From Phoronis australis (taxonomy: Eukaryota > Animalia > Phoronida), in assembly GCA_002633005.1 (NCBI GenBank), contig NMRA01000045.1, positions 62,001 through 126,000 of the forward strand: 64,000 bases of DNA, read 5' to 3'. Made by a program: the position numbers and the translations under genes. The notes below the pieces were generated by a model that made no database searches, had not been told where the DNA came from, and saw only the letters and a program-made list of their open reading frames with translations. This document shows positions 12,663-25,091 of the stretch, one piece after another (the first letter of the stretch is position 1; each line of letters opens with the position of its first letter).

Positions 12663-15600
12663 GTGAGTGACTGGATATTACAAATAACATAGCCTTCAGT
12701 TGCTGTAACTGAAACGGACAGTATCCCATTAACCGTTTTACTATTAGATAATACTTTACAAAATATACGATTCTTTGTTAGTCTTATCAGATATTCTTCA
12801 TGTTTGCCAAAGCAGCGGTGAAAGCTGGAGGACGACAAAATTGGAATGTCCATGCCCGCTGCCAGAGGGGGTTCGGGGATTGGATCGACACCCGCGCAAA
12901 AGGTCCAGCCCCAGCCTGTCCGTTAAAGATATAATACAGATGGGCAACAATAAAATTGTCGGAGTTACTTGTACAAGTAACTACAATGATAGCTAAGTTA
13001 ATAACAATTTTGGATTTGCTTTTGATTCAAAGCGCTTCATGTAATCGTCGGACGTACCCAGCCAGCTTCAGTACAAGGCAGCCCTCCATTGTTGCTCAAA
13101 AATCAGACATTTTTAAATGTTATAGTTAAAACTATAACCATGTTTTCTTGCATTGAAAAACTCCGACGAGCATGTTCACATTTTGGGGGAAAAGTAGCTC
13201 TCGACCTAATAGAATATTTTGGTCAACGAAGAAAGACTCTTCATATCAATAGTGTCAATGATGCATAGCCTCACAGACTTCATACGAGCAACTAACTTGA
13301 TGGAAGAGATTTCCAAAGTTACATGTTACTATTCCCATGGTTCACTACTCTGAAGATCCAGTACTCCGAAGGTTCACTACTCCGAAATTTCGCCAACTTC
13401 GAAACTTCACTACTTCGAATGTTCACAATTCCGAAACCAGAACTCCGACTGTTATTTTTTCTTAAATATAAGCACAGCTTCAGAAGTCGATTTCACATTA
13501 TATCCAGGTTCTCGTTCACACCCTTACATGCATTCACTAGTAAGAGCGAGCTCAGAGGAGCAGGAGACATCTTTGTGCAATACTGTTATATTTTTGTGTG
13601 TTACATAAAAGTAATGCGCAAAAATACAACTGGATAAAAATAACGTCAAGTCACTCTCCAACTGAATATGTCTGTCCGTCGAGTAGGTGTAATAACTCAT
13701 TTAAGCACCTCTGATTTGAACGTTTGGGAGGAGGTGACGCGAGAACGTTCTACACCACACTACATCCAAATTTGAGTCCCGTTCATTGCGATTACATGAC
13801 GGCGTTTTCCCGTTCAGTAACTTTACCAGAAGTAGAAGGTTGTGAGCGTGTGATAACATCTAGCTTCTTTGTTAACTGCCATGTACAGTCTTTTGTCTGG
13901 TATGACAACAGGCACCCAATTATATACCAGGCTTATTACAGACCAGGTGTGAACACATTCAAACCCAAAACGAATAGGTACGTTCGGAAAGAATATATTG
14001 CGGTAACCTCGGTTGTAGTTGGGCGATTTTTGGCGATTCAAAAACTAAACATGATCATCATTTGACGAGGATTTCAGAAATGTTCAAACATGTTATAACT
14101 TAACTTTTATTTTTAACAGCACAACCCAGTCAGGCTAGATATGATTTTATTGGAGATTAGAGCAATTATCGAACAAAAGAGAGCTGGCCCTCCAACCATA
14201 AATGCCAGAATGGAGTTAATCAGTCGTGTAAGATATTGGCTACAGGGGTCATCTTCCCAACTTATTGTTGGGCTATAGAATCGAACAAGTTGGGAGCAAC
14301 GGGAAAACGCCGTGATGAACGGTCACGACATCCTCATTTCTGGTATTTAGCTGCCTCATCTTAGAAACGTAGAGCTGAGAGTCATCGTTGTATATACAGA
14401 TTTCCCTTCTCCCTAATTAAGGTGCACAAACTGAGGGCCTTACTGAACACTCCACAGTGTCGACGTTTGCAAAATAACAAAGTCCACCGTTCGAGAAATT
14501 CGAACAAAATCCCGCGCGGGCCTGATGTCTGTGCCCCGAATGATTTTCCTTTCTACGGAAATGGGATAACTTGAAAACCCGAACTTCTTTGAATATAGGC
14601 CTATTTTTAAAACTGTTCGGTTGTTGGAAGCCTTAAGTCTGAACATCAGTTTGCGGAGGCGGATTTCAAATACCTTGCGGAAACCCTGCAGTCCTACGTC
14701 ATGCCTCTATCAAACCAAACGCCACATTTGTATTGGTTTACGTAATATATGCTATCGCACTTTGCAGGCAAACGCCGGTTACTTTTTTGGTGACTTCCTG
14801 AATATGGTTGGAAGTTACGTTTGTGAACAACTCGGCATTCCTGGAGACAGCTACGAGAGTAAAAAGGTGTGTTTACTGAAGGATCTCACGCAGGAATACG
14901 TGCTTAGAACCCCGGAAGCCGCAAAGGTGGGTGATGTTGAAGAGTTTTTTTGGTTTTGGTGATTGTCATCTATTAATATGCCAGTAGGGGAAAGTAACGA
15001 CCACCACAGCCTCGAAACCTTTGGACTCGACTTTTGCCTTCTTAAAAGACAAATCGATAGGTTTATAGCTTTCTCCTGTTCTTTTGCGTTCAACTTCCCA
15101 ACGCACAGGGAAACCCGTCTGTAGATACGTGTTGTTTATTGGACTGCTGTGTACTTACTACGTCCATACATTTACAACGCGGTTGAGCAGGGTTCTTATA
15201 GCGCGTGTGCGCACAAAAATAAACACCATAGCACACGCCTTCTTTAAAGAGTTCCTACCGTGACCCTGTGTCTCAAAAGGAACGTTGTTTCGACAACAGT
15301 CTGTAAATCTTAATCAAATCAGCCAGAGTCGTGTATCAAGACGATAAGCCAAACTATATTTGGTCGTCACAATTTCCATGAAATATGCAAATTTATGATG
15401 TAATGACCTGCAAACTGACCTCATTATATTTGTTGACCATAAAAAGATAGGTGCAATTATAAGAACAATCTACATGTATTGCCCTCAGAGGAAGAGATGA
15501 GCAGAAAGAAAATTTTAAATAATGACGCCCTTGATTTGCATAAATTATGCAAATTTATCATGCAACAACTTGTACACTTATTTCATTAAATTCACTAAGG

Positions 15601-18600
15601 TCTTTCCCATTGGGAACACTTAAATTCGGTTTTGAATTGACGTTAACAGCGCGAGTTCACGCCCGAGTAAAAAAGAGTTGGATGTAACAGCGAAGCGTCG
15701 ACTTCACTACAATAGACCTTATTCACGCCGACAGGAGACGCGTTCCAAAACGAGGCTCGCTGCGATAGCTCTGGTGGCTTTTTCGCGTAGTTGTACTCCG
15801 CGTTGCTCGAACAGCTAGAAAAAAATTTGACACTCTGTTTTACAATCCCTAAGGACGTTGGGATTCGGAAACGTTGGGTCCTTGCCATACGCCGCGACGA
15901 AGGAAAATGTGTCCGTGCAAAATTTATAACTGTTTTCGTATCATAATTTGTCGCATCTCGGTTGCCGCCATAGCAACGAGGACTGGAGAATCTTCGGCCA
16001 ACCAGGCTGTGTTTTCATGACTATGGGATGAAGCGCGATGCATTTTTCTTTACAAAAAGGACAGGGCCCTCAATCCCTCAATTTTGGGGCAAATATCGGC
16101 CCTGTTCCCCTCTCAAAAACATTAAAAAATCACGCGAAATTCCCGGCATCACGAAGCCTAAGAATTCCCTTAGTGATTGAAAATTTCTCTCCAACGGTTC
16201 AAATCACCTGTGACCACTGAGGTGAGAATTTGAAAAAGTAGAAAATCGTAGGCGGATTTAGCGGGGGCCCCTCTCAGAAGCTAGGCCTCACACTGGCACC
16301 TTTCCCCTCGAATATGAACGAGGCTTCTGAAGAAACATGATAACTATGCTTGTTCCAGGGGGATCCAGGACTTTGAGTTAGGGAGGGGGGGGCCAAGGCA
16401 GAGTATTAGCCATGATTTTGCCCGTCAGACATTCGCGCTTCTGAACTGCCAAATGGAATCTGGCAGACTTTTAGGGGGGACATGGCATCCTTGGCTCCCC
16501 TCTAAATCCGCCATTGTGTTTTGTCTGAAATTGAGCTCTAAAACGAGGTTATGCTTTGGACGAAAGAATTAGGTGTTTTAATTTTAAAATTCAACTTGGT
16601 CGAGATTGATATTTGAAAAATATAACACATGAAATAGACGTAATTATTAAAACCAAGAAAGCAGAACTGAAGGTCATATGATTTTTATTTTCAATTGCGA
16701 GCCTGGTTTTTTATCGTAAACAAAATGTATATTTAATAACATCAAGTATTATTTCAGATCAATAACAAATCAACTGTTAGTCCCGGTAGTGCCTACCTCA
16801 CCAGGACCTAAGCCATGCTTGAAGCTAGTAGGCCTACTCTTGATCAACAAATTAAACCAGATGTGACTAATTGCACATGACCGCAAAATGCTATGAGCCA
16901 CCACTGTCGAATATATTTTCAACTCGTCAACAATACGACCAGATGACCTGGTTCGTGTAGAAAGCATTTTTATCAAGAATTTATTAGAAGAAACGTAACC
17001 CTGCATTCAGCATGATACCTAATCCGTAACACTACGATCGCCACAATCTGGTCTTGTTTACTTTTCATGTTTCGAACCTAGTTATCCGAAAAAATTATAT
17101 CCTTTCGTCAGACAACTCTTTGGTGCATTGATTTGTTCTTTAACTGTATTTTTCTACGTCTCTGTGGCTAATTATTGACACATTTTTTAAGATTTAATAT
17201 TGAGGTTCGACTCCAAAGACCGGCCATTTAACTCAAGCAATGTAAATTTCCGCTTTGTTTATCGCAGTGAGCCTCGCTTTGGATTTTAATGTCCGCCGCG
17301 TGAATTGGGTCTATGGGGACGCATAACTTCGATGCCATCGGAGTTATCGGCAGAGGTCGCTGAGTTTGACAACAGCGGTGGTTAATTATTAATATTTTCC
17401 TTTAATATTTATTGTTTCGGCAGTATCAGCATTCTGTTTCGATTAATCCATTTAATGTTGGATTCGTTATTTTAAAAAATTAACGTATAGTGTACGCAAA
17501 ACGAGTTCCCGCCATACGCCATACCGATTTTGTTCGATTCAGCTGTTAACCTACTCAAGAATCAAGTTTCTTTCAATATGATATCTTTTGCTATATCGTC
17601 CTCGTTAACGTTCTAGTTATCATTTATGGAGAGGGAGAGGTTCTTACCATTTTTGATTGCAAGGTCAAGAAAAGAAGGCATAGTTTTGCTGAACTAGTTT
17701 TCTGAGTAACTCCGAAGCTGATGGGAACACTAGCGCTTAACTTCGCGGTTTATCACAGTTACATGGAAGCTTCAATAGTAGCCGAGTTCCTGTACGGTAA
17801 CGGGCCTACTGTCCACCTAATCATGGGTCCAAATATCAATACTTTGACCTTTGGTGCCTGATACCACAGTTATAAGCGCAAGTAAGATTTTCATTAATCA
17901 TATTCCCCTAATTTGCGTATTGTATGAAAATTCTCGAAATATCCATCTCCAAAGTACCCCCATTAATTAAACTGGTCATAGTTATATGGGTGAAAGCATC
18001 AAACTAATCTACCTGTAGTGCTTACTGAGGTAGTTATCAGCAAAATCACGTTTTTGCATGATAGCGGCCTTAATTTGCATATCAGAAAACCTGTTTAATA
18101 CTGTCAAGATAATAGCCCAGCTAAAACATTTGAGGGAGGCACCTAGACATGAATCAACCCAAAAACCCTGTACTACCGAGAATTTCTAGGCAATATCCGT
18201 TTCTGGCTACTGGACTATAAGGTGACTACAATTTGGTGAAAAGTGGAGATTGGTCATAGCCACAAGCTTTGTCTAAACAACCAGCAATCCCAGCACAGTT
18301 TCCTTTAACAGCCGGGCCCGGCTCCGATGAGCGTAACTGTCTCTTTCCTATTTTTTTCATATCTCGGGTTTCCATTCTGATTATTTTACAGTATGGCGTG
18401 CCTAGCTACTCTGTAAACACCGAGAAAGACCTAGTGGCAGCGTTAGCCAAATTAACGTTTCCTGTTGTCATGAAGCCTTTGTGTGGAAGCGGTTCGGTTG
18501 GTTGCAAAGTTCTTCACGACATGGACAGCTGTTTAAATTACTTTGGTGAACTTGTCACTGGTATGCAATCTGGGACACCTGTGCTTGAAAAACTGACATA

Positions 18601-19796
18601 CACTCATTCGGTAAGATTTGATTTTAGAGCTTCAGGGTGGACAGAAGGTATTATAAGCAAACTCTCTGTAGCAACAGCAGAAAGGTAATTCAGTGTAAAC
18701 ACGTTTTGTTTCTCACTGTTTTCATAGGCATTCATACCTCTCAAACTCCAGGCACTAAGCTAATAAGTCACAAACGAACTTCCTGGTGGTTTCAAAATTT
18801 GGAAAAAATTTTGTTGAGAAATTTTTGAGTAATTAACCTCAGTTTGCGGCAAAAGCAATTTTTATGCAGCGCAATGAGCTCAAAATGGGTAAGTTGAAAT
18901 TCGCTAGATGGTCCTATTCGAGGAAAGAGTCATGCCCATAGAAATAGAAGTATTCTGATAATCAAACGAGACACGGCAACACAAGTGCTCTCATGCTTTT
19001 GCCCTAAACTGTTCAGATGTTAACCGAGGTACCTTTCTTCATTGGTACTACTTAGCGAATATCGAGTCGCTCACTAAAGGTACTCTTTATTTTTCAGGTG
19101 CTTGTGATGGAATACCTGAAAGGTGTCAAATATTCAGTTGACGTGGTGATTTCCCGCGGAAAACTTGTTGGCGGCTTCATTGTTAAGAGAGGCCCTCCTC
19201 CACTACCGGATTTTTGGCACACTTCTGTCACCATTCCTGGTGGCGATTCAGCAAAGGTGAACGACAAATTGGTTGAAGCTTCGTATCAGTGCTCTCTAGC
19301 CGTCGGTCTTCGCCACGGGGTGTACAACGTCGAACTTATCCGTGACAAAGGTTACGCCTGGCCAAGGTTAATCGAAATCAATCCACGTCCTTCAGGTACT
19401 AAAATGGGTTCATTACTTGAAGTAGCGTACGGTAATGATACTGGTGTCATCAATGCAAAGCTCCGCTGTGGCATAAATCTTTCTTCCGATGAGTTAAAGA
19501 TTGAGCCCAAAACACACGTGGCTGCCTATTACTTCGATTTGATTAGGCACACAGACAAGTTGAAAACAGCATACGGTCATATGTTATCAAATGCTAAATG
19601 CTACGATGTCGGGATGGCGACCCTGGGACCAAAAACTACGACAGAAATGCTGTATGAAAAACCTACATATCTAGATCCGGTTCTCCTAGTTATGACGTCA
19701 GACGAATCAAGATGTGGGGCTATTAATAAATTATGTCGATTTCTTGTTCATTCAAAGTACTTCGACAGTATGGAAGAAGCATTGTTGCTGTTTTAA
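12344..19796 (+). CDS. Spliced ATP-grasp ligase, carnosine synthase 1-like / L-amino-acid-ligase-like (5' incomplete, >=464 aa)
   Basis: Exons 12344-12662, 14768-14926, 18392-18610, 19098-19796; GT-AG introns, all phase 0; motifs LGIPG, FPVVMKP, GSGSVG, MEYLKG, NVE, IEINPR. Confidence 0.85.
13339..13449. repeat. ~16-bp degenerate tandem repeat (GGTTCACTACTCCGAA), ~7 copies
   Basis: Repeating TTCACTACTCCGAA-like units; resembles transposon subterminal repeats. Confidence 0.65.
14768..14926 (+). CDS. ATP-grasp ligase exon
   Basis: TTGCAG / GTGGGT; 53 codons ANAGYFFGDF...LGIPGDSYES...AAK. Confidence 0.8.
16356..16516. mobile_element. MITE, CAG-GGCGGAT TIR family, 5-bp TSD
   Basis: CAGGGGGATCC...ATCCGCCATTG; flanks TGTTC/TGTTT; internally similar to 31658-31806. 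Confidence 0.75.
18392..18610 (+). CDS. ATP-grasp ligase exon (B/lid domain)
   Basis: TTACAG / GTAAGA; 73 codons with FPVVMKPLCGSGSVG. Confidence 0.88.
19098..19796 (+). CDS. ATP-grasp ligase last exon (catalytic domain)
   Basis: TTTCAG acceptor; VLVMEYLKG...GVYNVELI...LIEINPRPSG...TAA. Confidence 0.9.
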   Translation: MLVMEYLKGVKYSVDVVISRGKLVGGFIVKRGPPPLPDFWHTSVTIPGGDSAKVNDKLVEASYQCSLAVGLRHGVYNVELIRDKGYAWPRLIEINPRPSGTKMGSLLEVAYGNDTGVINAKLRCGINLSSDELKIEPKTHVAAYYFDLIRHTDKLKTAYGHMLSNAKCYDVGMATLGPKTTTEMLYEKPTYLDPVLLVMTSDESRCGAINKLCRFLVHSKYFDSMEEALLLF

Positions 19797-20189
19797 ATGA
19801 AAGGATTTTTGTGTGTGATCTTCTACAGACTGAAAGCCTTGCACGCCATGTATGATACACGACACGGAATTTGCTTGAAAATTTTCCTTTTATTTATCCA
19901 TATGTTCGTATGGGAAGGAGCGGATAAAGGGAAGGAAAGGGAAAGAGAATACAACCAATCTGCTAATTCATTTGCCAATGGAAGATCAATATTGTAAGAA
20001 GCATTATTGCAACCACGGGATGAGATAACTTAGAATATGTAGGGAACAGTCGACGTTTTATAGAGCAAGTTTACAGTGTATTCTGGAAAAAGGAACATTT
20101 TTTATTTAACATCACCGATTTTGATGCTTTATGTCCTATTTCTTGAACGTGTGCATTCCATATCATTGATGTATCGTTACTTTTAAAAG

Positions 20190-21480
20190 TCAAATGTGAA
20201 CTAGTAGATCAGAGTTTTGTTCGTTATTTTGATGGATGAAATTTGACAAGGTTAGTTTTATATCTGTCTGAGGATACTGGACAATCACGTGTAATTGTCT
20301 GTTTACTATGAACCAGTCGTTAACTTCAGAGAACTTGGCATTGATGTTGTCGTCGCGTAGGTTCTTGGAAAATTTGGAAGGAGAGATGGAGCATGTGTCA
20401 GCAACATAAACAAGAGGTAAAGGTTTGTACAAAAAACAAAAATCATTAACGCAAAGGAACAAAAGAAGAGGGTCAAGGATAGAACCTGAGGCACATCGTT
20501 TGTAATACATAGTGATGAAAATTGAAAATTAGTTTTCGTTAGAGACAGACTGTTTCCCATTTTGAAAATAGTTTTGGTACCTGTTTGACTGGGTTTTGTG
20601 GCATCCGTTGAGACCGTGCATTAAAGAGTATTGCATAATCTAGGGCCCGAAAGCTTCGCCGATAAAGATTGATAAAGTTGTGTATTGAGAGTCGATATAG
20701 TACATGTAGGTAAAGTATATGTTCCTCAAATTTTTGGAGTGGTTTTGTCTAACGAATGGTAAAGAAGGTGGCTGTTTGTTAAGTAAGAGAACCAATGGTT
20801 ACAGACTACTTCTTTGCGACTTCTGGAGAAAACGGCAACACGGAGACAGGTCAGTAACTAATTAGGTCTTATATCTGTAAGTCTTTGTTTTATATACCAG
20901 GGGCGGATCCAGGATTTTGAGTTAGGGGCCGGGTCCAGAGCACAGGAATAACCACGATTTCGCCATATGCGCGCACACACCCAAAAATGTAGGGTTGCAG
21001 AGGTGTCGAATATTTGGGTTTGGGACCTCATTACTAAAAAAAGAAAATGGTAAACGGGGTTTGTTCAAGGCCTATGCATTATGCATTCGAACTCCTCCCA
21101 AAATGGTATCTGGGAGAATTTTAGGGGGGGCCGTGGCCCCCTTGCGCCCCCCCAAATCCGCCACTGTGTACAGGTACAGTTGTTAATGTTTTCGATAAGT
21201 CAGGTATATAATGATTGCTTTATTCTTTTACTTTTTAATTGGGTTGGAAACACTAAGGCAGGGGTTAATTAAGTTGCTGTCAATAATTGTTTCTCATAAT
21301 GATGATGTATCTACTTTGATGGCTCATTGGAAAAGGTAGGATGAACTGATGATATTAGACATATGCAGGAGGGGCTGTACCAATGCTGATGTTGTATTAA
21401 ATCTATCTGCTGTTTCTTTTGTGTTGTCGAGTATACCATTGCTTCTACTCCTGGGTTGGGTTGCATAACACTTCAAAATT
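20190..21480 (-). mobile_element. Degenerate CR1/L2-group LINE RT fragment
   Basis: Frameshifted ITNDVPQ/GSILDPLLFLCVND and VYVADT (YADD-like) at 20300-20560; interrupted by MITE 20898-21166; outer limits approximate. Confidence 0.7.
20898..21166. mobile_element. MITE, CAG-GGCGGAT TIR family, 5-bp TSD
   Basis: CAGGGGCGGATCC...ATCCGCCACTG; flanks TATAC/TGTAC. Confidence 0.8.
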
Positions 21481-22469
21481 ATCCGCTGGAAAAGTTTGAT
21501 TGTTGCATGCCGTCAGGTGCATTGTTCAGCAACAGCAACGTGGCGCGTGGTTAGAATGAGTGGCGTGGGTAAGAACTGGGAAGCGATTTGATGTTGTCCC
21601 AAGTCTTGTGCATGTCTGGGACACAAATTTTCATGAAAGTGGCTGGTAACGGTTACACTAATTCTAAAAATATTGACATCTATGGAGGAATTGTTTTTGT
21701 ACATTTGATCCCAATTCGGATGTTTTGTGATGACGTATTTTCCACTGCTATGACGCGATTTGGACCCAAAAATAGGAATAGAAATGTACAGACACGCTGC
21801 ATTTTCGAAACTTTTTGCAGGCCTTGAATTTTTTATTCAGGTAAATAGGGAAACCATTTAGCACTTTTTTACAAATTTATGACCGAATCCATAACCAGGA
21901 AACAATTTTTGAAATGCTTGGTAATTTACTGCACTATGTAGATATGGAGTAATTGTTATTGCTGTTTTTAATTTTGACATTTTAGTTTTATTTCATTGGG
22001 TCTAAAGCGTCAAAATGACATCCTACTAAACACACAAATAACTCAAAACCTTTACAATTTACGTAGTAGGGCAATTCCGTGAAAATGTCAACCTCGAGAC
22101 AAAAAAATTAAAATTGAGACTATACTAACATAACTGGTCTCATCTGAAAGCTCATTCTCTCTAGTTTCAGGACCCATGTTTGACTGTCCTATAACTTTCA
22201 ATTTTTTGCCTAAATGGACTCATTTTGGGGGTCACTTGACCCTAAAAATTAGCTCGATTTTATGTGTTGCTAGATATTGCCATAAATAAGCCAATTATGG
22301 GCATTTCACTATACTATCAAATTTGTGCAATCACATGAAGCCCAAACTTTATAAAAAAATTACATTTCAACTTTGGCACATCCTCGACCTCTTGGGGTCA
22401 AAGGCCAACTCCTGGATATCATTGTGCCGTACGTCTGTCACAAAAAAGTGCTAAAAAGTTTAGTTACGT

Positions 22470-22560
22470 TGAGAGGAGGCAGTGGGGCCTTGTGTGATGG
22501 TGCCCGCCTTCTTTACTCGAGGTTGTGGGTTCGAGTCCCACTGGGCCACACTGCTAGACC
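22470..22560 (+). mobile_element. tRNA-derived SINE-like head
   Basis: B-box GGTTCGAGTCCC at ~22528 with weak upstream A-box; no complete cloverleaf. Confidence 0.45.
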
Positions 22561-24050
22561 CGTGAGTCAGGTTTCTAGCTCCTCAGCTCGGTTTTAACTA
22601 AGCACAAAAAATATTTCCAGGTGATCAGTGCAATGGGCCCACATGCGCACATGGTACAACGTGTACCAGACCGCCTGCAATTATTTTTTATTATTAGTTA
22701 CATTGAAAGTTGTCATTCAAAATCAAAATAATTTCAGATTCTCTTTCAACTTGTTATTCAATACTATTGACCAAAATTTTAGATCCCAGGGATTATTCAG
22801 AAATTGCGTAACAGACGTACGGCAAATTTGTACGTCCGTCACGTACATCCGTCACGTACGTCCGTCACACATATGAAATAACAATTTTTCAGTCAATAAA
22901 AATAACCTTAGATCTTATTTTTACTTTTTAAACGTGCAGGAGATAAAATGTATCTCACAACTAAGAACCTTGATTAAATATTACAAAGATAGCTTTAAAA
23001 TTAAGTAAAGTAGTTGCTACAGATTTAAACTAGATGCATTGGATTTTTGCAATTTCAAAAGTATTTGCAAAAATGTTATAGTTTACAATGTCACCTAGTT
23101 ATTCTTAATAGAATTCAACTTTTTAAAATCAGACAGTTGAACCACAATGTAAAATGTAAATAAAACAAAATGTTAATAGAATGATCTTCTTATTTTTTGT
23201 TGCTACCCCGTGTTTGTAAAGAAATGCTTAGCCTTTGGAAAATTCAAGACGCAAAAATATTCATATTAAAGAATTCCTAAGGTGCTCTGGAGTTTAAATA
23301 TATATTTGGTAATGTTTAATGCAAATGGCCACTGAAGTCATGTTACTAATACTTCTAAAACATCACCTTTACATGGGCATGCATCAGAACTATCAACCAG
23401 AGAATAAGTTTGTATAAACTTAGGGTGAGTTCTAATTAAAAAACAATTAATTAAAATGCGTTTTTGTTATAATGATGATTAGTAATGTTTTGAACTTTAT
23501 TTCACATTTTGTAGCTTGACATTATTAGTTTCAAATTAGTATAATTCTACTTAACGCATAAAACAATTTTCCTGATAACCAACGGGTGTCAAATACAAAA
23601 TGATTATCACTCTCTTCATCTACATTGCTTGCCATCTTCTAAGGGAAGTGAGGATTTTAGGTGGTTGTCTTATATCTTTAATCAAATGCATTGAAAAATT
23701 GAAATCCAAGAGTAATTTACCAGCATAAGCTTACCTGTGATGATTTCGTGCAAAAGGTCAATCAGTTCATGTTGATTGAGAAACTTGGAATTGGTAGCAA
23801 AAGACCAGAATACATGTAGCATAAATACTTCAAGATTTTGAGTCGCTCTGAATTGATATCTTAGTCACAACAAACAAGTTAATGTTAGAAATTCAGAGCG
23901 TACACTCTCTCAACGTTCATCGAGCTGTCTGACAAAAATTTCTTTGGAGATATCATCAAAAAATTAGTGTGTTATACTTTTCAAACATTCCACTAAATCA
24001 TCATATAAAACAAAAAAATGGTAACTAAATGCAACTCGCGTCCGTCACAC

Positions 24051-24078
24051 CATAGATTATAGACAACTATAGTCTATG
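24051..24078. mobile_element. 28-bp P-element-like mini-insert / excision footprint
   Basis: CATAGATTATAG ACAA CTATAGTCTATG flanked by perfect 7-bp direct repeat GTCACAC. Confidence 0.7.
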
Positions 24079-24274
24079 GTCACACCCCTTTAAAGGCAAT
24101 TTTCTCAGTCAGGTGAAGCAATAGGAAAAAGTTGATCCACGTTTTGAAAGCTTTTAAGGAGACCTGTACATTGATGAATTAATTTCCTAGGATGAACATT
24201 TTTCGCAACTGATCAAAATGTTTTCTGATTGCACGTCTGTCTCAAGTGGAATTGCCCAGAAACAAAGACACACA

Positions 24275-24319
24275 ACACACGCACACACACACACACGCGC
24301 GCGCGCGCGCGCGCACGCA
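24275..24319. repeat. (CA)n(CG)n alternating purine-pyrimidine tract
   Basis: ACACACGCACACACACACACACGCGCGCGCGCGCGCGCGCACGCA. Confidence 0.9.
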
Positions 24320-24835
24320 GACGCACATATAATGCACTCAGTCAATAGTCGCTTAGTTGTCGACAACATGGGTAAAATATAACTACCTTTTTCTTAATCT
24401 AGCAAACTGTCCATTCTTTCCAATGCCATGTACGATTAATGTGTGACACTTTGCCTATCTGGAGTGAAATTGCTGCTATAAGGGTGGTCAATATAATGTG
24501 TAGGAGGAACCTTTGATTCTGAACAACCATGATGACAAATACTCATGTCTGTTTAACATGCAATTAAGTAAGTTAGTTACTAAGTAAGTAAGTAAGTGCA
24601 TCATTATATCACTTATTATGCAAATGAACTAACAGCCCCTGGATGGCATTCCCCTAGGTGCATATTTTCAGCTGTCTTTCGTATTGGATAGAACAATTTC
24701 TACATGTTATTAGGTAAATGATATTGTTGGTGGTGCAGTCAGAATAATGTTTTATTTCGAAGTATTCATTGGTTTGAGAACATTGGAAGAAAGTATTGCC
24801 GTTGATAAAGTTACATATTACATGGGCGAATCACA

Positions 24836-25091
24836 AAGTAGAGCAAAGTAGAAATCCATACGCCTTGCGTTTTATCGTCTGCAAAACAACGAAACACGCG
24901 GCAACCAAACAGTGCCGAGAAGGTGACAATGTTATGATTGACAAAACGGGTCTCGCAAATGTACGTACTCCCAGTCGGAAGGACATGCAAACAACTTCTT
25001 AAACGGACACATCTTCGGCAGCGAATTCCATATCCAGGTTCACTGAAACGGAGACGAACCCCTACTCATGAATTTACGCCGTGAGACTGTC
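24836..25091 (-). repeat. Diverged ~255-bp duplicate, copy 1; contains candidate first coding exon 25012-24969 (MCPFKKLFACPSDW)
   Basis: Aligns with 28226-28481; 45-bp identical core spanning most of the ORF and the GTACGT donor. Confidence 0.75.

Larger units (their letters stand above)
22069..24257. mobile_element. Non-autonomous DNA transposon with GGGCAATTCC TIRs (Sola2- or Harbinger-like)
   Basis: GGGCAATTCC...GGAATTGCCC; flanks AGTA/AGAA (possible 4-bp TSD, one mismatch). Confidence 0.55.

Noticed and set aside
11197-15977. RFX X-box-like motifs (GTAGTCATGGCAAC ~11197, GTTACCCTGGCAAC ~11464, CCATAGCAAC ~15968)
   Set aside because: In repeat-like DNA, far from the Sfi1-repeat gene start; no supportable promoter link.
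15243-18070. Possible TTAA-bounded (Kolobok/piggyBac-type) element in the ATP-grasp intron
   Set aside because: No matching pair of TIRs could be established.
23730-23930. Minus-strand exon-like segment with good splice sites
   Set aside because: Stops in all three frames and inside a TIR element; at most a transposon relic.
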